From the sequence record DRR378314_685: a stretch of DNA of 39,011 bases; one strand, given 5' to 3'. The translations under genes were made by a program, and so were the position numbers. Shown here in pieces: positions 1-9,784 of the stretch (position 1 is the first letter of the stretch; each line of letters starts with the position of its first letter). The notes under the pieces are model-generated. The model did no database searches. It was not told the DNA's origin and worked only from the letters and a program-made list of their open reading frames with translations.

Positions 1-723
1 GAGTTTGTTGCCAGATTGCGTGATCTGTCAGGTGGCAAGCCTGTTGGTATCAAGTTCGCAGTCGGCAACCGGTGGGAAACCCTGGCGATCTGCAAGGCGA
101 TGCTGGAAACAGGTCTGCGCGTTGACTTCATGGTTGTTGACGGCGGCGAAGGTGGGACCGGCGCTGCGCCTGCGGAGTTTCTAGACCATGTTGGCGCCCC
201 CTTGCGTCAGGCACTCGTTCTGACGCGTAACGCCTTGGTTGGAACGGGGCTGAAGGATGAGGTTCGCCTTGCATGTTCGGGCAAGCAGATCAGCGCGTTC
301 TCAATGGCCTCGTCTCTGGCACTTGGCGCAGATTGGGTGAACACAGCGCGTGGCTTCATGTTTGCGCTTGGCTGTATCCAGTCCCTCAATTGTCACAACA
401 ATACGTGCCCGACGGGCATTGCGACATCGAACATGTCACGCCAGCGTGGTCTGGTCGTCGAAGACAAGGCGATCCGCGTCAGGAATTTTCATCACAATAC
501 GGTAAAGGCGCTGATGGAAGTCGTCGGTGCCGCAGGGTGCGCGCATCCTTCTGAGCTGACGCCTCGCCATGTGATGCACAGGGTCACTGAAGACATCTCC
601 TATACCGCCGAACGAGCCTACCAACTGATCTCCAACGGGCAATTGCTGGATGCGCCTGATGAGACCCAATTGGCTGAGGAATGGCGCATGGCACAGGCGG
701 CAAGTTTCCACCCAGCAATTTAG
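1..723 (+). CDS. FMN-binding glutamate synthase family protein (C-terminal part; 5' end outside window)
   Basis: Frame is open from base 1 (EFVARLRDLSGGKPVGIK). Motifs VDGGEGGTGAAP and ARGFMFALGCIQSLNCHNNTCPTGIAT (Cys cluster) are typical of the Glu_synthase FMN domain. Confidence 0.9.
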   Translation, partial: EFVARLRDLSGGKPVGIKFAVGNRWETLAICKAMLETGLRVDFMVVDGGEGGTGAAPAEFLDHVGAPLRQALVLTRNALVGTGLKDEVRLACSGKQISAFSMASSLALGADWVNTARGFMFALGCIQSLNCHNNTCPTGIATSNMSRQRGLVVEDKAIRVRNFHHNTVKALMEVVGAAGCAHPSELTPRHVMHRVTEDISYTAERAYQLISNGQLLDAPDETQLAEEWRMAQAASFHPAI

Positions 724-763
724 CGGGAATACGAGAAGGGGGCGGCCGCATCACAGTTTCACC

Positions 764-788
764 GGAACCAGCCTTGTTTCATCCGGTT
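764..788 (+). promoter_or_regulatory. Candidate EcfG/SigT (general stress response ECF sigma) promoter
   Basis: GGAAC(764-768)-N16-GGTT(785-788), ~110 nt upstream of otsA, matching the alphaproteobacterial GGAAC-N16/17-(C/G)GTT consensus. Confidence 0.55.
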
Positions 789-899
789 CTGTGCTAGTGC
801 ATAGAAAGCGGGCAGCATGATGGTTTCCGCATCCAGTCTTTGGCCGCGCGCTTTGGTCATGGCTGGACGCGGGTTAGACCAAGTGGGACAGGATGGGCA

Positions 900-2294
900 A
901 TGACTGAAACTGAGACGCCAAAGCGTAGTCGACTGATTGCGATTTCGAACAGGACCGCTGCGGGGCAGGAAAGCCGCGCCGGTGGGCTCGCTGTGGCTTT
1001 GTGGGACTCGCTTGCCGATACACGAGGACTCTGGATCGGCTGGAGCGGTCGCATTCTGGACTTTCCCAGCAATCGCGCCCGCAAATCCAGCGAGGATGGC
1101 GTGGAGTTTGCCCTGACGGACTATTCCCGCGATCAGTTCGATGGGTTTTACCTGGGCTATTCAAACAGCGTGCTGTGGCCAGTGATGCACAATCGTATCG
1201 ATCTTGCCGTCTTCGATTCTTCGTTCTTTCGCTATTATGTGGAGATCAACGAGAAATTTTCCGACATTGTGCGACGTCAGGCGACAGAGGACGACTTGAT
1301 CTGGGTGCACGATTACCACTTCCTGCTTTTGGGCGGTATATTGCGGGAAGAAGGATGGACAGGACGCTGCGGTTTCTTCCTGCATATTCCATTCCCCTCT
1401 CCAGAAGTCTTTCGCGCTATTCCGGAGCATCGCAAGCTTGCGAAAGGCCTGTGCGCTTATGATGTTGTCGGCCTGCAATGCCGGAAAGATCTGGCCAATC
1501 TGGCGCAGTACCTGGAAGAGGAATTCGGCGCCGAGGAACAGCCAGATGGCAAGTTCCTGGTTGAAGGTCGTATTGTGCATTTGCTGCATTGTCCGATCGG
1601 CATCGACAGCAAGTCATTCGCGCAGACAGCGCAGGACGAACCAGCAACGCGCGCCGCAAGCCGCCTGTCCCGGTTTCTTGGAGAGCGGGATCTGGTCATC
1701 GGTGTCGACCGAATGGATTACTCCAAGGGATTGCCACAGCGTTTCGAAGGCATGGCGGATCTGTTCGACAGATATCCCGAGCTGCACGGCAAGATCTCGT
1801 TCACGCAGATCGCGCCGCCATCGCGCTCCGTTGTAGAAGAATATGCGCAGCTTCGCGAACAGCTGGATGCCCTGTCCGGGCGCATCAATGGAGACTATGG
1901 TGATCTCGACTGGATGCCGATCAGGTATCTCGCACGCGGATATGATCGCGAGGAGATTGCCGGTCTATATAGACTTGCCACGGCGTGCCTTGTGACGCCT
2001 TTGCAGGATGGTATGAACTTGGTCGCCAAGGAGTTTGTCGCCGCGCAAGACCCTGAAGACCCCGGCGTGTTGATCTTGTCTCAGTTTGCCGGCGCAGCGG
2101 AGCAAATGAAGGAGGCTTTGATTATCAATCCTTATGACAGTTCGGCGATCGCCGAAGCCGTGAAGCAGGCGATTGAAATGCCGCGCGAGGAACGGCGGGA
2201 ACGCTGGCAAAAGCTCTACGATAACATTTCCGAACAAGACATCGGCTGGTGGCGAAGCCGCTTCATGACCGCCTTCGAGCAGGTTCCGGCATGA
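900..2294 (+). CDS. otsA: Trehalose-6-phosphate synthase (GT20)
   Basis: Motifs SNR...AGGLA, WVHDYH, GFFLHIPFP, GVDRMDYSKG, DGMNLVAKEFVA, LILSQFAGAA. ATG at 900 with an AGGA RBS is preferred to TTG at 840. Confidence 0.95.
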   Translation: MTETETPKRSRLIAISNRTAAGQESRAGGLAVALWDSLADTRGLWIGWSGRILDFPSNRARKSSEDGVEFALTDYSRDQFDGFYLGYSNSVLWPVMHNRIDLAVFDSSFFRYYVEINEKFSDIVRRQATEDDLIWVHDYHFLLLGGILREEGWTGRCGFFLHIPFPSPEVFRAIPEHRKLAKGLCAYDVVGLQCRKDLANLAQYLEEEFGAEEQPDGKFLVEGRIVHLLHCPIGIDSKSFAQTAQDEPATRAASRLSRFLGERDLVIGVDRMDYSKGLPQRFEGMADLFDRYPELHGKISFTQIAPPSRSVVEEYAQLREQLDALSGRINGDYGDLDWMPIRYLARGYDREEIAGLYRLATACLVTPLQDGMNLVAKEFVAAQDPEDPGVLILSQFAGAAEQMKEALIINPYDSSAIAEAVKQAIEMPREERRERWQKLYDNISEQDIGWWRSRFMTAFEQVPA

Positions 2295-3025
2295 GCCAGC
2301 CGGACGTCTCTCCTCCCAGGCTGGAAAACACGGTCGCATTGTTCCTTGATTTCGACGGCACATTATCACCGCTTCAGGATGATCCGGATGCCGTATTTCT
2401 GGCGCCGGGCATGGATGACGTGTTGATTCAGTTATCTGAGAAGCTGAACGGTGCGCTCGCCATCCTGTCTGGACGCGACCTGACGGATCTGTCTAGGCGC
2501 GTCCCGAATGCCTTGTGGCGTTTTGGAAATCATGGCCTTCGCTCCGCCGCTCCGGGAGAGAGGATGGCGGACACGGTGACGGAGGCTCCTGATGGGCTCA
2601 TCTGTCGGCTTCAATCTGTGATCAGCGCTTTTGACGGGGTGCGGCTGGAGAAGAAGGGGCCTGTTCTGGCTGTGCACTATCGCGCAGCGCCCGACAAGGG
2701 TGAGCAGTTGGCCTTGCAGTTGGAAAGCGCTCTTGCAGAGTATTCCGACTACGCGCTGCAATCCGGAAAGATGGTGCTTGAGGCGAAGCCGAGCGGGGCG
2801 AATAAGGGTGTCTGTCTCGAGAAGGCGATGCGCGCATTTCCCTTCGAAGGGCGGGTTCCCGTTATGATTGGGGACGACAAGACAGATGAAGACGCCATTC
2901 TTGTCGCCAATCGTCTGGGTGGATGGTCTGTCAAAGTTGGAGAAGGGGCCAGCGCTGCAGAGTATCGGCTGACGTCCCATAAGGATGTCGAAAATTACCT
3001 GAAAGAGATGTTGGGAGATTTATGA
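2291..3025 (+). CDS. otsB: Trehalose-6-phosphate phosphatase (HAD family)
   Basis: HAD motifs FLDFDGTL, LSGR, NKG, IGDDKTDEDA. ATGA overlap with the otsA stop. Confidence 0.93.
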   Translation: MSQPDVSPPRLENTVALFLDFDGTLSPLQDDPDAVFLAPGMDDVLIQLSEKLNGALAILSGRDLTDLSRRVPNALWRFGNHGLRSAAPGERMADTVTEAPDGLICRLQSVISAFDGVRLEKKGPVLAVHYRAAPDKGEQLALQLESALAEYSDYALQSGKMVLEAKPSGANKGVCLEKAMRAFPFEGRVPVMIGDDKTDEDAILVANRLGGWSVKVGEGASAAEYRLTSHKDVENYLKEMLGDL

Positions 3026-4788
3026 GCCTGGATCTTGGAGTTGTCGGAAACGGGACTGTTGCCGGCCTGATCAATTCGCGCGGAGACTATGAATGGTTCT
3101 GCCTTCCGCGATTTGATGGTGAGCCTGTGTTCAACAAGCTGTTGGGTGGCGGCGGAACGTTCACCGTCTGGATGGAGGGCTTGACCAAGCGCTCTCAGAC
3201 CTATGATCGCAACACGGCTATACTGCGCACGCGAATGGAGGCTGAAGACGGAGCAATTCTCGAGATTGTCGACTTTGCTCCCCGCTTTCAGCATAAGGGG
3301 CGCACATTTCGGCCCGCGAGCCTGGTCCGGCGTTTCGAGGTAATCTCGGGCGCGCCGCAGCTGAAGATTTCTCTCACACCGGAAACGGATTGGGGCGGAC
3401 GCCGCTTGAAGCCAATTCGAGGTGTCAATCATGTGCGCTTCGTCGATGAGGAATTGTCATTCCGGGTGACGACTGATGCGCCGGTTTCCTACATTCTGAC
3501 AGAAACCAGCTTTATTCTGGATAAGGATGTGACCTTTATTCTGGGGGCTGATGAATCCCTGACGGATTCTCCTGGCGTCATTGCCCGTGATTGGGAAGAA
3601 CGTACGCGCCAATACTGGGCGAAATGGGCGCGAAGCCTCGCCATTCCATTTGAGTGGCAGGATGAAGTTATCCGCGCTGCCATAACGCTCAAGCTGTGCG
3701 TGTTTGAGGAAACAGGCGGAATTGTTGCCGCGTTGACAACGTCCGTTCCTGAGCATGAAGGGTCTTCCCGCAACTGGGACTATCGCTTCTGCTGGATTCG
3801 TGATGCGTACTTTACTGTGACCGCGCTTAACCGACTGTCCGGAATGGGTACTTTGGAACATTATATGAGATGGGTGAGGAATATTGTTGCCCATTCGAAG
3901 GGTGGACATATTCAGCCTGTTTACGGAATCGGCCTTGAAGCGGACCTCACGGAAGACCTCGCGCCTCACTTGCCGGGATTCAGGGACTCAGGTCCGGTCC
4001 GGCGTGGCAACCAGGCTGCGGAGCACATTCAGCACGATGTGTACGGTCAGGTTGTATTGGGCGTTGCACAATCTTTCTTCGACCACAGACTGCTCGCTCA
4101 GCCCGGTATTGCGGAGTTCGAACAATTGGAGCCGGTGGGCGAACGGGCGTTTGCCGTTTACGACACACCGGATGCAGGCATCTGGGAATTCCGAACCATC
4201 GCTCATGTGCATACATCTTCCGCGATCATGTGCTGGGCCGCCTGTGATCGCCTCTCGCTGATCGCTGACAGGCTCGGACTTGAAAGTCGCGCTGCCTATT
4301 GGAGAGAGCGCGCAGACATAATTCATGCGACCATTTTGGACAAAGCCTGGAATGATGACGTCAAAGCTTTCACGGCCGCGTTCGGCGGTACGGATCTGGA
4401 CGCGTCTGTCCTGCTGATGGCGGAGATCGGATTCCTGCCCGCCACGGACGAGCGCTATGTCGCCACAGTCGATGCAGTGGACCGGGATTTGCGCATGGGC
4501 GATCATGTGTACCGTTACAAGGTTGAGGACGATTTCGGGAAACCGAAGACCGCTTTTACGGCCTGCACGTTCTGGTTCATTGACGCGCTGTATCGCGTCG
4601 GCCGAGTCGAAGAGGCACGGCGCATGTTTGAGACTGTACTGGCCACCCGCAACCATCTGGGCCTCTTGTCTGAAGACGTGGATACGGAGACCGGTGAACT
4701 CTGGGGGAACTTCCCACAAACCTATTGCATGGTCGGAATCATCAATTCTGCGGCACTGCTGAGCAAGCCTTGGGCAGCAGTCACATAA
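3022..4788 (+). CDS. Glycoside hydrolase family 15 protein (trehalase/glucoamylase-like)
   Basis: WFCLPRFD N-terminal domain, RNWDYRFCWIRDA, GIWEFR, LGLLSED...LWGNFPQ. ATGA overlap with otsB. Confidence 0.9.
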   Translation: MSLDLGVVGNGTVAGLINSRGDYEWFCLPRFDGEPVFNKLLGGGGTFTVWMEGLTKRSQTYDRNTAILRTRMEAEDGAILEIVDFAPRFQHKGRTFRPASLVRRFEVISGAPQLKISLTPETDWGGRRLKPIRGVNHVRFVDEELSFRVTTDAPVSYILTETSFILDKDVTFILGADESLTDSPGVIARDWEERTRQYWAKWARSLAIPFEWQDEVIRAAITLKLCVFEETGGIVAALTTSVPEHEGSSRNWDYRFCWIRDAYFTVTALNRLSGMGTLEHYMRWVRNIVAHSKGGHIQPVYGIGLEADLTEDLAPHLPGFRDSGPVRRGNQAAEHIQHDVYGQVVLGVAQSFFDHRLLAQPGIAEFEQLEPVGERAFAVYDTPDAGIWEFRTIAHVHTSSAIMCWAACDRLSLIADRLGLESRAAYWRERADIIHATILDKAWNDDVKAFTAAFGGTDLDASVLLMAEIGFLPATDERYVATVDAVDRDLRMGDHVYRYKVEDDFGKPKTAFTACTFWFIDALYRVGRVEEARRMFETVLATRNHLGLLSEDVDTETGELWGNFPQTYCMVGIINSAALLSKPWAAVT

Positions 4789-4878
4789 ACCTGCACAGTT
4801 TTAGCGAACTCGGTTCGATGCTGAGCGGCCGGAACTGAGTTTGTTGAACTGATTCAGCGACTGTGCGTTGCTGAAATC

Positions 4879-6309
4879 ATGGGTGAGAGTGACGACGTCT
4901 TTGATGAAATGCATGGCTTCGGGGAAGCGGTACGGTCGCCGTACGCCCGCTATTCCTCCTGGTTTGATGGCGCGACGCCGTCTGCACTGCTGAAGAAATC
5001 GCGGGAAGCGCGCACCTTTTTCCGTCGCACCGGCATTACGTTCAATGTTTACGGTGATGTTGAAGCCGATGAACGGCTGATTCCGTTTGATCTGGTGCCG
5101 CGTATTATTGGGGCCAATGAGTGGGCTTTGCTGGTCCGCGGCATTGAACAGCGGGTCCGCGCTATCAATGCATTTCTTTACGACATCTATCATCGACAGG
5201 AGATCATTCGCGCGGGCCGTTTGCCCGAACACTTGATCCGCGAGAATGATGCATTCCTGCCCAAGATGATCGGTTTCGACCCGCCGGGCGGGATCTACAC
5301 GCACATAGTTGGCATAGATCTGGTCAGAACAGGACCAAACGAATTCTTCGTGCTTGAGGATAATGCGCGGACACCATCTGGCGTTTCCTACATGCTGGAA
5401 AACCGGGAAACGATGTTGAAAATGTTTCCCGAGCTATTCGCGCAAGTGCCTGTGCAGCGTGTCTCCGGGTATCCTATGGCCCTTCGTCGATCCCTGGAAA
5501 GGTCTGCGCCGCAATCGTCAGCCGACAGGCCCACCGTGGCCGTTCTGACGCCCGGCATTCACAACTCGGCTTACTTTGAGCACGCTTTCCTTGCCGACCA
5601 GATGGGTGTCGAACTTGTTGAAGGCCACGATCTGCGCGTGGTGGACGGGCGGGTCGCGATGCGGACGACGCAAGGTTACGAGCCAATTGACGTACTCTAC
5701 CGCCGCGTGGATGATGACTTTCTGGATCCCTTGAATTTTAGACCGGACTCCATGCTGGGTGTCGCTGGAATATTCGACGTCTACCGCGCAGGCGGGATCA
5801 CCATTGCGAACGCGCCGGGTACGGGCATTTCGGATGACAAGGCGATCTACTCCTACATGCCGGAAATCGTCGAGTTCTATACAGGGCAGGCGCCGCTCCT
5901 GAAGAACGTTCCAACCTGGCGATGTGCTGAACCGGATGCGCTGGACTATGTGCTGGAGCATCTGGAAGAATTGGTGGTGAAGGAAGTGCACGGATCAGGC
6001 GGCTATGGCATGTTGGTCGGGCCAGCCGCAAGCAAGCGAGAGATCGCAGCTTTCCGAAGAAAGCTGACTGCGAAGCCAGCGAACTATATCGCGCAGCCGA
6101 CGCTTGCGCTGTCCACGGTACCTATCCTGACCAAGGCCGGATTGTCGCCCCGCCATGTAGATTTGCGTCCTTTCGTTCTGGTGTCGCCAGACGGTGTTGA
6201 TGTGACGCCCGGCGGTCTGACACGGGTGGCCATGAAAAAGGGTTCACTCGTTGTCAATTCGAGCCAGGGTGGTGGCACCAAGGACACCTGGGTTTTGAAG
6301 GAAGGCTAG
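4879..6309 (+). CDS. Circularly permuted type 2 ATP-grasp protein
   Basis: Motifs GITFNVYG, LEDNARTPSGVSYMLENR, YRRVDDDFLDP, GSGGYGM, PGGLTRVA...VVNSSQGGGTKDTW. Confidence 0.92.
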   Translation: MGESDDVFDEMHGFGEAVRSPYARYSSWFDGATPSALLKKSREARTFFRRTGITFNVYGDVEADERLIPFDLVPRIIGANEWALLVRGIEQRVRAINAFLYDIYHRQEIIRAGRLPEHLIRENDAFLPKMIGFDPPGGIYTHIVGIDLVRTGPNEFFVLEDNARTPSGVSYMLENRETMLKMFPELFAQVPVQRVSGYPMALRRSLERSAPQSSADRPTVAVLTPGIHNSAYFEHAFLADQMGVELVEGHDLRVVDGRVAMRTTQGYEPIDVLYRRVDDDFLDPLNFRPDSMLGVAGIFDVYRAGGITIANAPGTGISDDKAIYSYMPEIVEFYTGQAPLLKNVPTWRCAEPDALDYVLEHLEELVVKEVHGSGGYGMLVGPAASKREIAAFRRKLTAKPANYIAQPTLALSTVPILTKAGLSPRHVDLRPFVLVSPDGVDVTPGGLTRVAMKKGSLVVNSSQGGGTKDTWVLKEG

Positions 6310-6312
6310 GAG

Positions 6313-7254
6313 ATGCTCGGACGCACTGCATCTGGTCTGTTCTGGATGGCCCGCCTTCTGGAGCGCGCCGAGAATACCAGTCGCCTAGTGGAGGCTGGTT
6401 TCCGCATGGCGCTGACTCGGTCGCAGCCAGGGGAAGAGGAGTGGCGATCTGTTCTGGTCACGGCCGGTTGCCATGACGCCTATCGCGCGCGACATGATAT
6501 GATTGATGGGGCCAAGGTGGCAGACTTTGCGCTCCGTGACCGATCAAACCCCTCCAGTGTATTGTCGACTCTTCACGCTGCCCGTGAAAATGCCCGTATG
6601 ACCCGCACAGCCCTGACGCGGGAAATGTGGGAGGCGATCAATGATTTCTGGATGACGTTGAGAGATGCGCTCAAGCGACCCCCCTCGGAAACTGATTTGC
6701 CTGAAATCCTCACCATGATCCGGCAGCAAGGTGCGCAAGTTCGCGGCGCGACAACCGGCACGATGCTTCGCAACGACATCTATAATTTCGTCATTCTCGG
6801 CATCATGTGCGAACGAGCCGACAACACGGCGCGTATCCTTGATACCAAGTACTATGTCCTCCTGCCGACCAGTGCGTCTGTCGGCTCTCCCCTCGACAAT
6901 GTTCAGTGGGAGATGATCTTGCGGTCTGCCTCTGCGCAGCGTTCATTTCATTGGCTGAATGGCGGCAGTGTTACGCCGCGCTCCATCGCTGACTTTCTTG
7001 TTTTTGACACGCGCATGCCGCGCTCTCTGGCCTATTGCTACCAGACGATCACGCATGAGCTCGACTGTCTGTTTCGGCAGTACGGCCAACGGGTCATGGC
7101 CCACGATCTGGCAACGTCTCTGGAAGCAAGTCTGGCCGCGACGAATGTAGACAGCGTGTTTGATAGCGGCCTGCATGAGTTCCTGACGGACTTTCTCGGT
7201 CGCAACGCTGCATTATCAACCCAGATCGAACGAGACTACAGGTTTGCGGAGTGA
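6313..7254 (+). CDS. Alpha-E domain protein
   Basis: MLGRTASGLFWMARLLERAENTSR, ARENAR, ERADNTARILD and PRSLAYC. Canonical position after the ATP-grasp gene. RBS AGGAG. Confidence 0.9.
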   Translation: MLGRTASGLFWMARLLERAENTSRLVEAGFRMALTRSQPGEEEWRSVLVTAGCHDAYRARHDMIDGAKVADFALRDRSNPSSVLSTLHAARENARMTRTALTREMWEAINDFWMTLRDALKRPPSETDLPEILTMIRQQGAQVRGATTGTMLRNDIYNFVILGIMCERADNTARILDTKYYVLLPTSASVGSPLDNVQWEMILRSASAQRSFHWLNGGSVTPRSIADFLVFDTRMPRSLAYCYQTITHELDCLFRQYGQRVMAHDLATSLEASLAATNVDSVFDSGLHEFLTDFLGRNAALSTQIERDYRFAE

Positions 7255-7258
7255 TGGG

Positions 7259-8059
7259 ATGAGGCTGACAGTAGATCACACATCGACCTACACCTATGAG
7301 ACAGGCGTATCGTACGCTCTCCAACAGGTTCGTAAACGTCCTGTCAGTTTGCCCTCGCAATCGATCCTGTCATGGGATCTGTCTATTGATGGGGCGCGTC
7401 TGGAGACCAGCTACACAGATCATCACGGGAATCTTGTCGACCTGGTCCAGGTGGATCCAGACGCTTCGAGCGTGACCGTCAGCGTGAAAGGTGAGGTGGA
7501 AACGCACGACATGTCCGGCATGATGGGCGGGCATCGTCAGCTTGTACCGCTTTGGCTCTACAAGCGTCCGACAGGATTGACGGCACCTGCAAAAGGATTG
7601 CGGGCGCTTGCGGGAAAGTTCGGTAGCAACACCGCACAGGATGTGGGCGTGCTGCATGAGGTAATGGCCGAAATTGCCACTCATGTGGCTTATCAAACCA
7701 ACGAAACCGATTCCGAGACCACAGCTGAAGAAGCGCTGCAGAAGGGCCAAGGGGTGTGTCAGGATCATGCGCACATTTTCATCTCAGTTGCGCGGCTTTT
7801 GGGGTTTCCGACGCGATATGTCAGCGGCTATCTGATGATGACAGACCGCATTGATCAGGACGCGGGTCATGCGTGGGCGGAGGCGTGGGTGGATGGCCTC
7901 GGATGGACAGGGTTCGATGTGTCCAATGGCATCTGCCCAGACGCGCGCTACATTCAGGTTGCGACCGGCCTGGACTATCGGGACGCTGCGCCGATCCGCG
8001 GCATGGTGTACGGGGCAGGCGCTGAAAACCTGGTAGTATCCATTCAAGTGCAGCAGTAG
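7259..8059 (+). CDS. Transglutaminase family protein
   Basis: N-terminal HTSTYTY domain. Catalytic triad motifs GVCQDHAH, HAWAEAW and GWTGFD are intact. Confidence 0.92.
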   Translation: MRLTVDHTSTYTYETGVSYALQQVRKRPVSLPSQSILSWDLSIDGARLETSYTDHHGNLVDLVQVDPDASSVTVSVKGEVETHDMSGMMGGHRQLVPLWLYKRPTGLTAPAKGLRALAGKFGSNTAQDVGVLHEVMAEIATHVAYQTNETDSETTAEEALQKGQGVCQDHAHIFISVARLLGFPTRYVSGYLMMTDRIDQDAGHAWAEAWVDGLGWTGFDVSNGICPDARYIQVATGLDYRDAAPIRGMVYGAGAENLVVSIQVQQ

Positions 8060-8092
8060 ATTGCGAGAGCTTTTGTATCGGAGAATCACCCA

Positions 8093-8824
8093 GTGACGTA
8101 TTGCGTTGCGCTTCGGTTGAACCGGGGACTTATCTTCATGTCGGATACCCGCACAAATGCGGGCATCGACAATATCTCGAAATTTCAGAAGATGTTCACT
8201 TGGGAGAAGCCGGGTAGCCGCGTGATCACCGTCATGACGGCTGGAAACCTTGCGACAACACAAGCCGTCATCAGCCTGCTTGATGAGCGACTGAAAGCCC
8301 CGGAAGAACGTAATCCCAGCATCATGGCGGCGGATACCATGTTCCAGGTCGCAAAATTGGTGGGCGACACGCTGAAAGAGGTGATCCGCACCCAAGGGGA
8401 TGGCGGCCCGGAATCGGAGGCAGCCTTTGGCGCTACGCTTATCGTGGGTGGTCAGATCGCTGGCATGGAGCCAAGGTTGTTCCTCGTATACCCTGAAGGG
8501 AACTTCATCGAAGCGAGTGACGAGACCCCTTTCTTCCAGATCGGGGAAACCAAATATGGTCGTCCAATCATTTTGAGGGCTTTCAGTCCCGACATGACAT
8601 TCGAAGAGGCCGTGAAGCTGCTATACGTCTCGTTCGACTCGACGCTGAAGGCCAATCTGTCCGTGGGTATGCCGCTCGACCTGCAAACCATTGAGTTGGA
8701 TACCTGCAAGGTCGCTCAGAAGCGGCGGGTCGAGGAGAACGATCCTTACTTCTCGACGATCTCTTCGAAATGGGGCGACGCATTGAAGCTCGCCTTCAAT
8801 TCATTGCCTGACTACGAATTCTGA
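8093..8824 (+). CDS. Proteasome-type Ntn protease (Anbu)
   Basis: GTG start then TYCVALRL (N-terminal Thr nucleophile), SDTRTNAGIDNIS, AGNLATTQ, QIGETKYGRPI. Last gene of the ATP-grasp/alpha-E/transglutaminase operon. Confidence 0.92.
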   Translation: MTYCVALRLNRGLIFMSDTRTNAGIDNISKFQKMFTWEKPGSRVITVMTAGNLATTQAVISLLDERLKAPEERNPSIMAADTMFQVAKLVGDTLKEVIRTQGDGGPESEAAFGATLIVGGQIAGMEPRLFLVYPEGNFIEASDETPFFQIGETKYGRPIILRAFSPDMTFEEAVKLLYVSFDSTLKANLSVGMPLDLQTIELDTCKVAQKRRVEENDPYFSTISSKWGDALKLAFNSLPDYEF

Positions 8825-9784
8825 TCAGATCGGTTCGGGCACATGGCTTCGGTACAGCTTGCGGGCAAGCTCTACCCGACCGAGTGCATCCAATCCTTCG
8901 GTATCTGCTTCCAGTGTCGCCTTGAGTAGTGGGCGAATGCCGATCCGGTTCGCAATCTGAATGGCGAGCCCCGGCCGTGCATTCAGCTCCAGAAGAAGCG
9001 GTCCCTTTGTCTTGTCCAGAACAATGTCTGCGCCGAGATAACCGAGCCCCGTCACATCGTACGCCTTCGAGGCCATTTCCAGCATCGTGTCCCAATGCGG
9101 AACCGAAAAATTACGCAGCGGGTTCGCGGTATCAGGATGTATGTCTGTGGTCTTGCCGTTCTGCATACCGCTCAGCGTCTTGCCTGTGACCAGATCCAGT
9201 CCAACGCCCACGCCACCCTTGTGCAGGTTCGCTTTGCCATCCGACTCTGCGGTTGGCAGGCGCACCATCGCAACGGCAGGAATACCGCGAACGACAATGA
9301 TGCGGATGTCTGGCACACCGCCGAATGAGATCGGATTGAAGATTTCGTCGAATTTCACCCGATACTCGAACATGGCCACGTCCGGCTGGCCGCTGAGGCT
9401 ATACATGCCAGACAGGATATTGTTCACGTGGAAGCGGATGTCTTCCAGCAAGGCGCGCTGGCCGTTCGACCGGCGCCAACCGCCCCGCATCGGCTCCATC
9501 AACACCTGTATCCCGTTCCCCTGAGAGCCGTTGGCAGGCTTGATAACCACACCATCAGGCTTGTCCAGATAAGACTCCAGATGGCGCATATGGAACGGGT
9601 TGGCGATTACGCCATAAAGCTCCGGCGTGGGGATGTTTGCCGCGTTGGCGAGACGTTTGGTCTCGCGCTTGTCGTCTACCAGACGGATCAGTCGCCGCGG
9701 GTTGAGCTCATTCACGAGGCGGACATTGCGCTCGTTGATGCCGAGCAGCCCAGCCTTCCGTAGAGCCCGATACCGTCCGATCAT
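8825..9784 (-). CDS. Alpha-L-glutamate ligase-like ATP-grasp protein (RimK-related)
   Basis: GLLGINERN, VDDK, VIKPANGSQGNGI, GVPDIRII, SDGKANLHKGG, LGYLGADIVLD...LELNARPGLAIQIAN. Confidence 0.9.
   Translation of the reverse strand: MIGRYRALRKAGLLGINERNVRLVNELNPRRLIRLVDDKRETKRLANAANIPTPELYGVIANPFHMRHLESYLDKPDGVVIKPANGSQGNGIQVLMEPMRGGWRRSNGQRALLEDIRFHVNNILSGMYSLSGQPDVAMFEYRVKFDEIFNPISFGGVPDIRIIVVRGIPAVAMVRLPTAESDGKANLHKGGVGVGLDLVTGKTLSGMQNGKTTDIHPDTANPLRNFSVPHWDTMLEMASKAYDVTGLGYLGADIVLDKTKGPLLLELNARPGLAIQIANRIGIRPLLKATLEADTEGLDALGRVELARKLYRSHVPEPI

Noticed and set aside
4831-4854. GGAAC upstream of the ATP-grasp operon as an EcfG promoter
   Set aside because: No (C/G)GTT -10 element occurs at 16-17 nt spacing.
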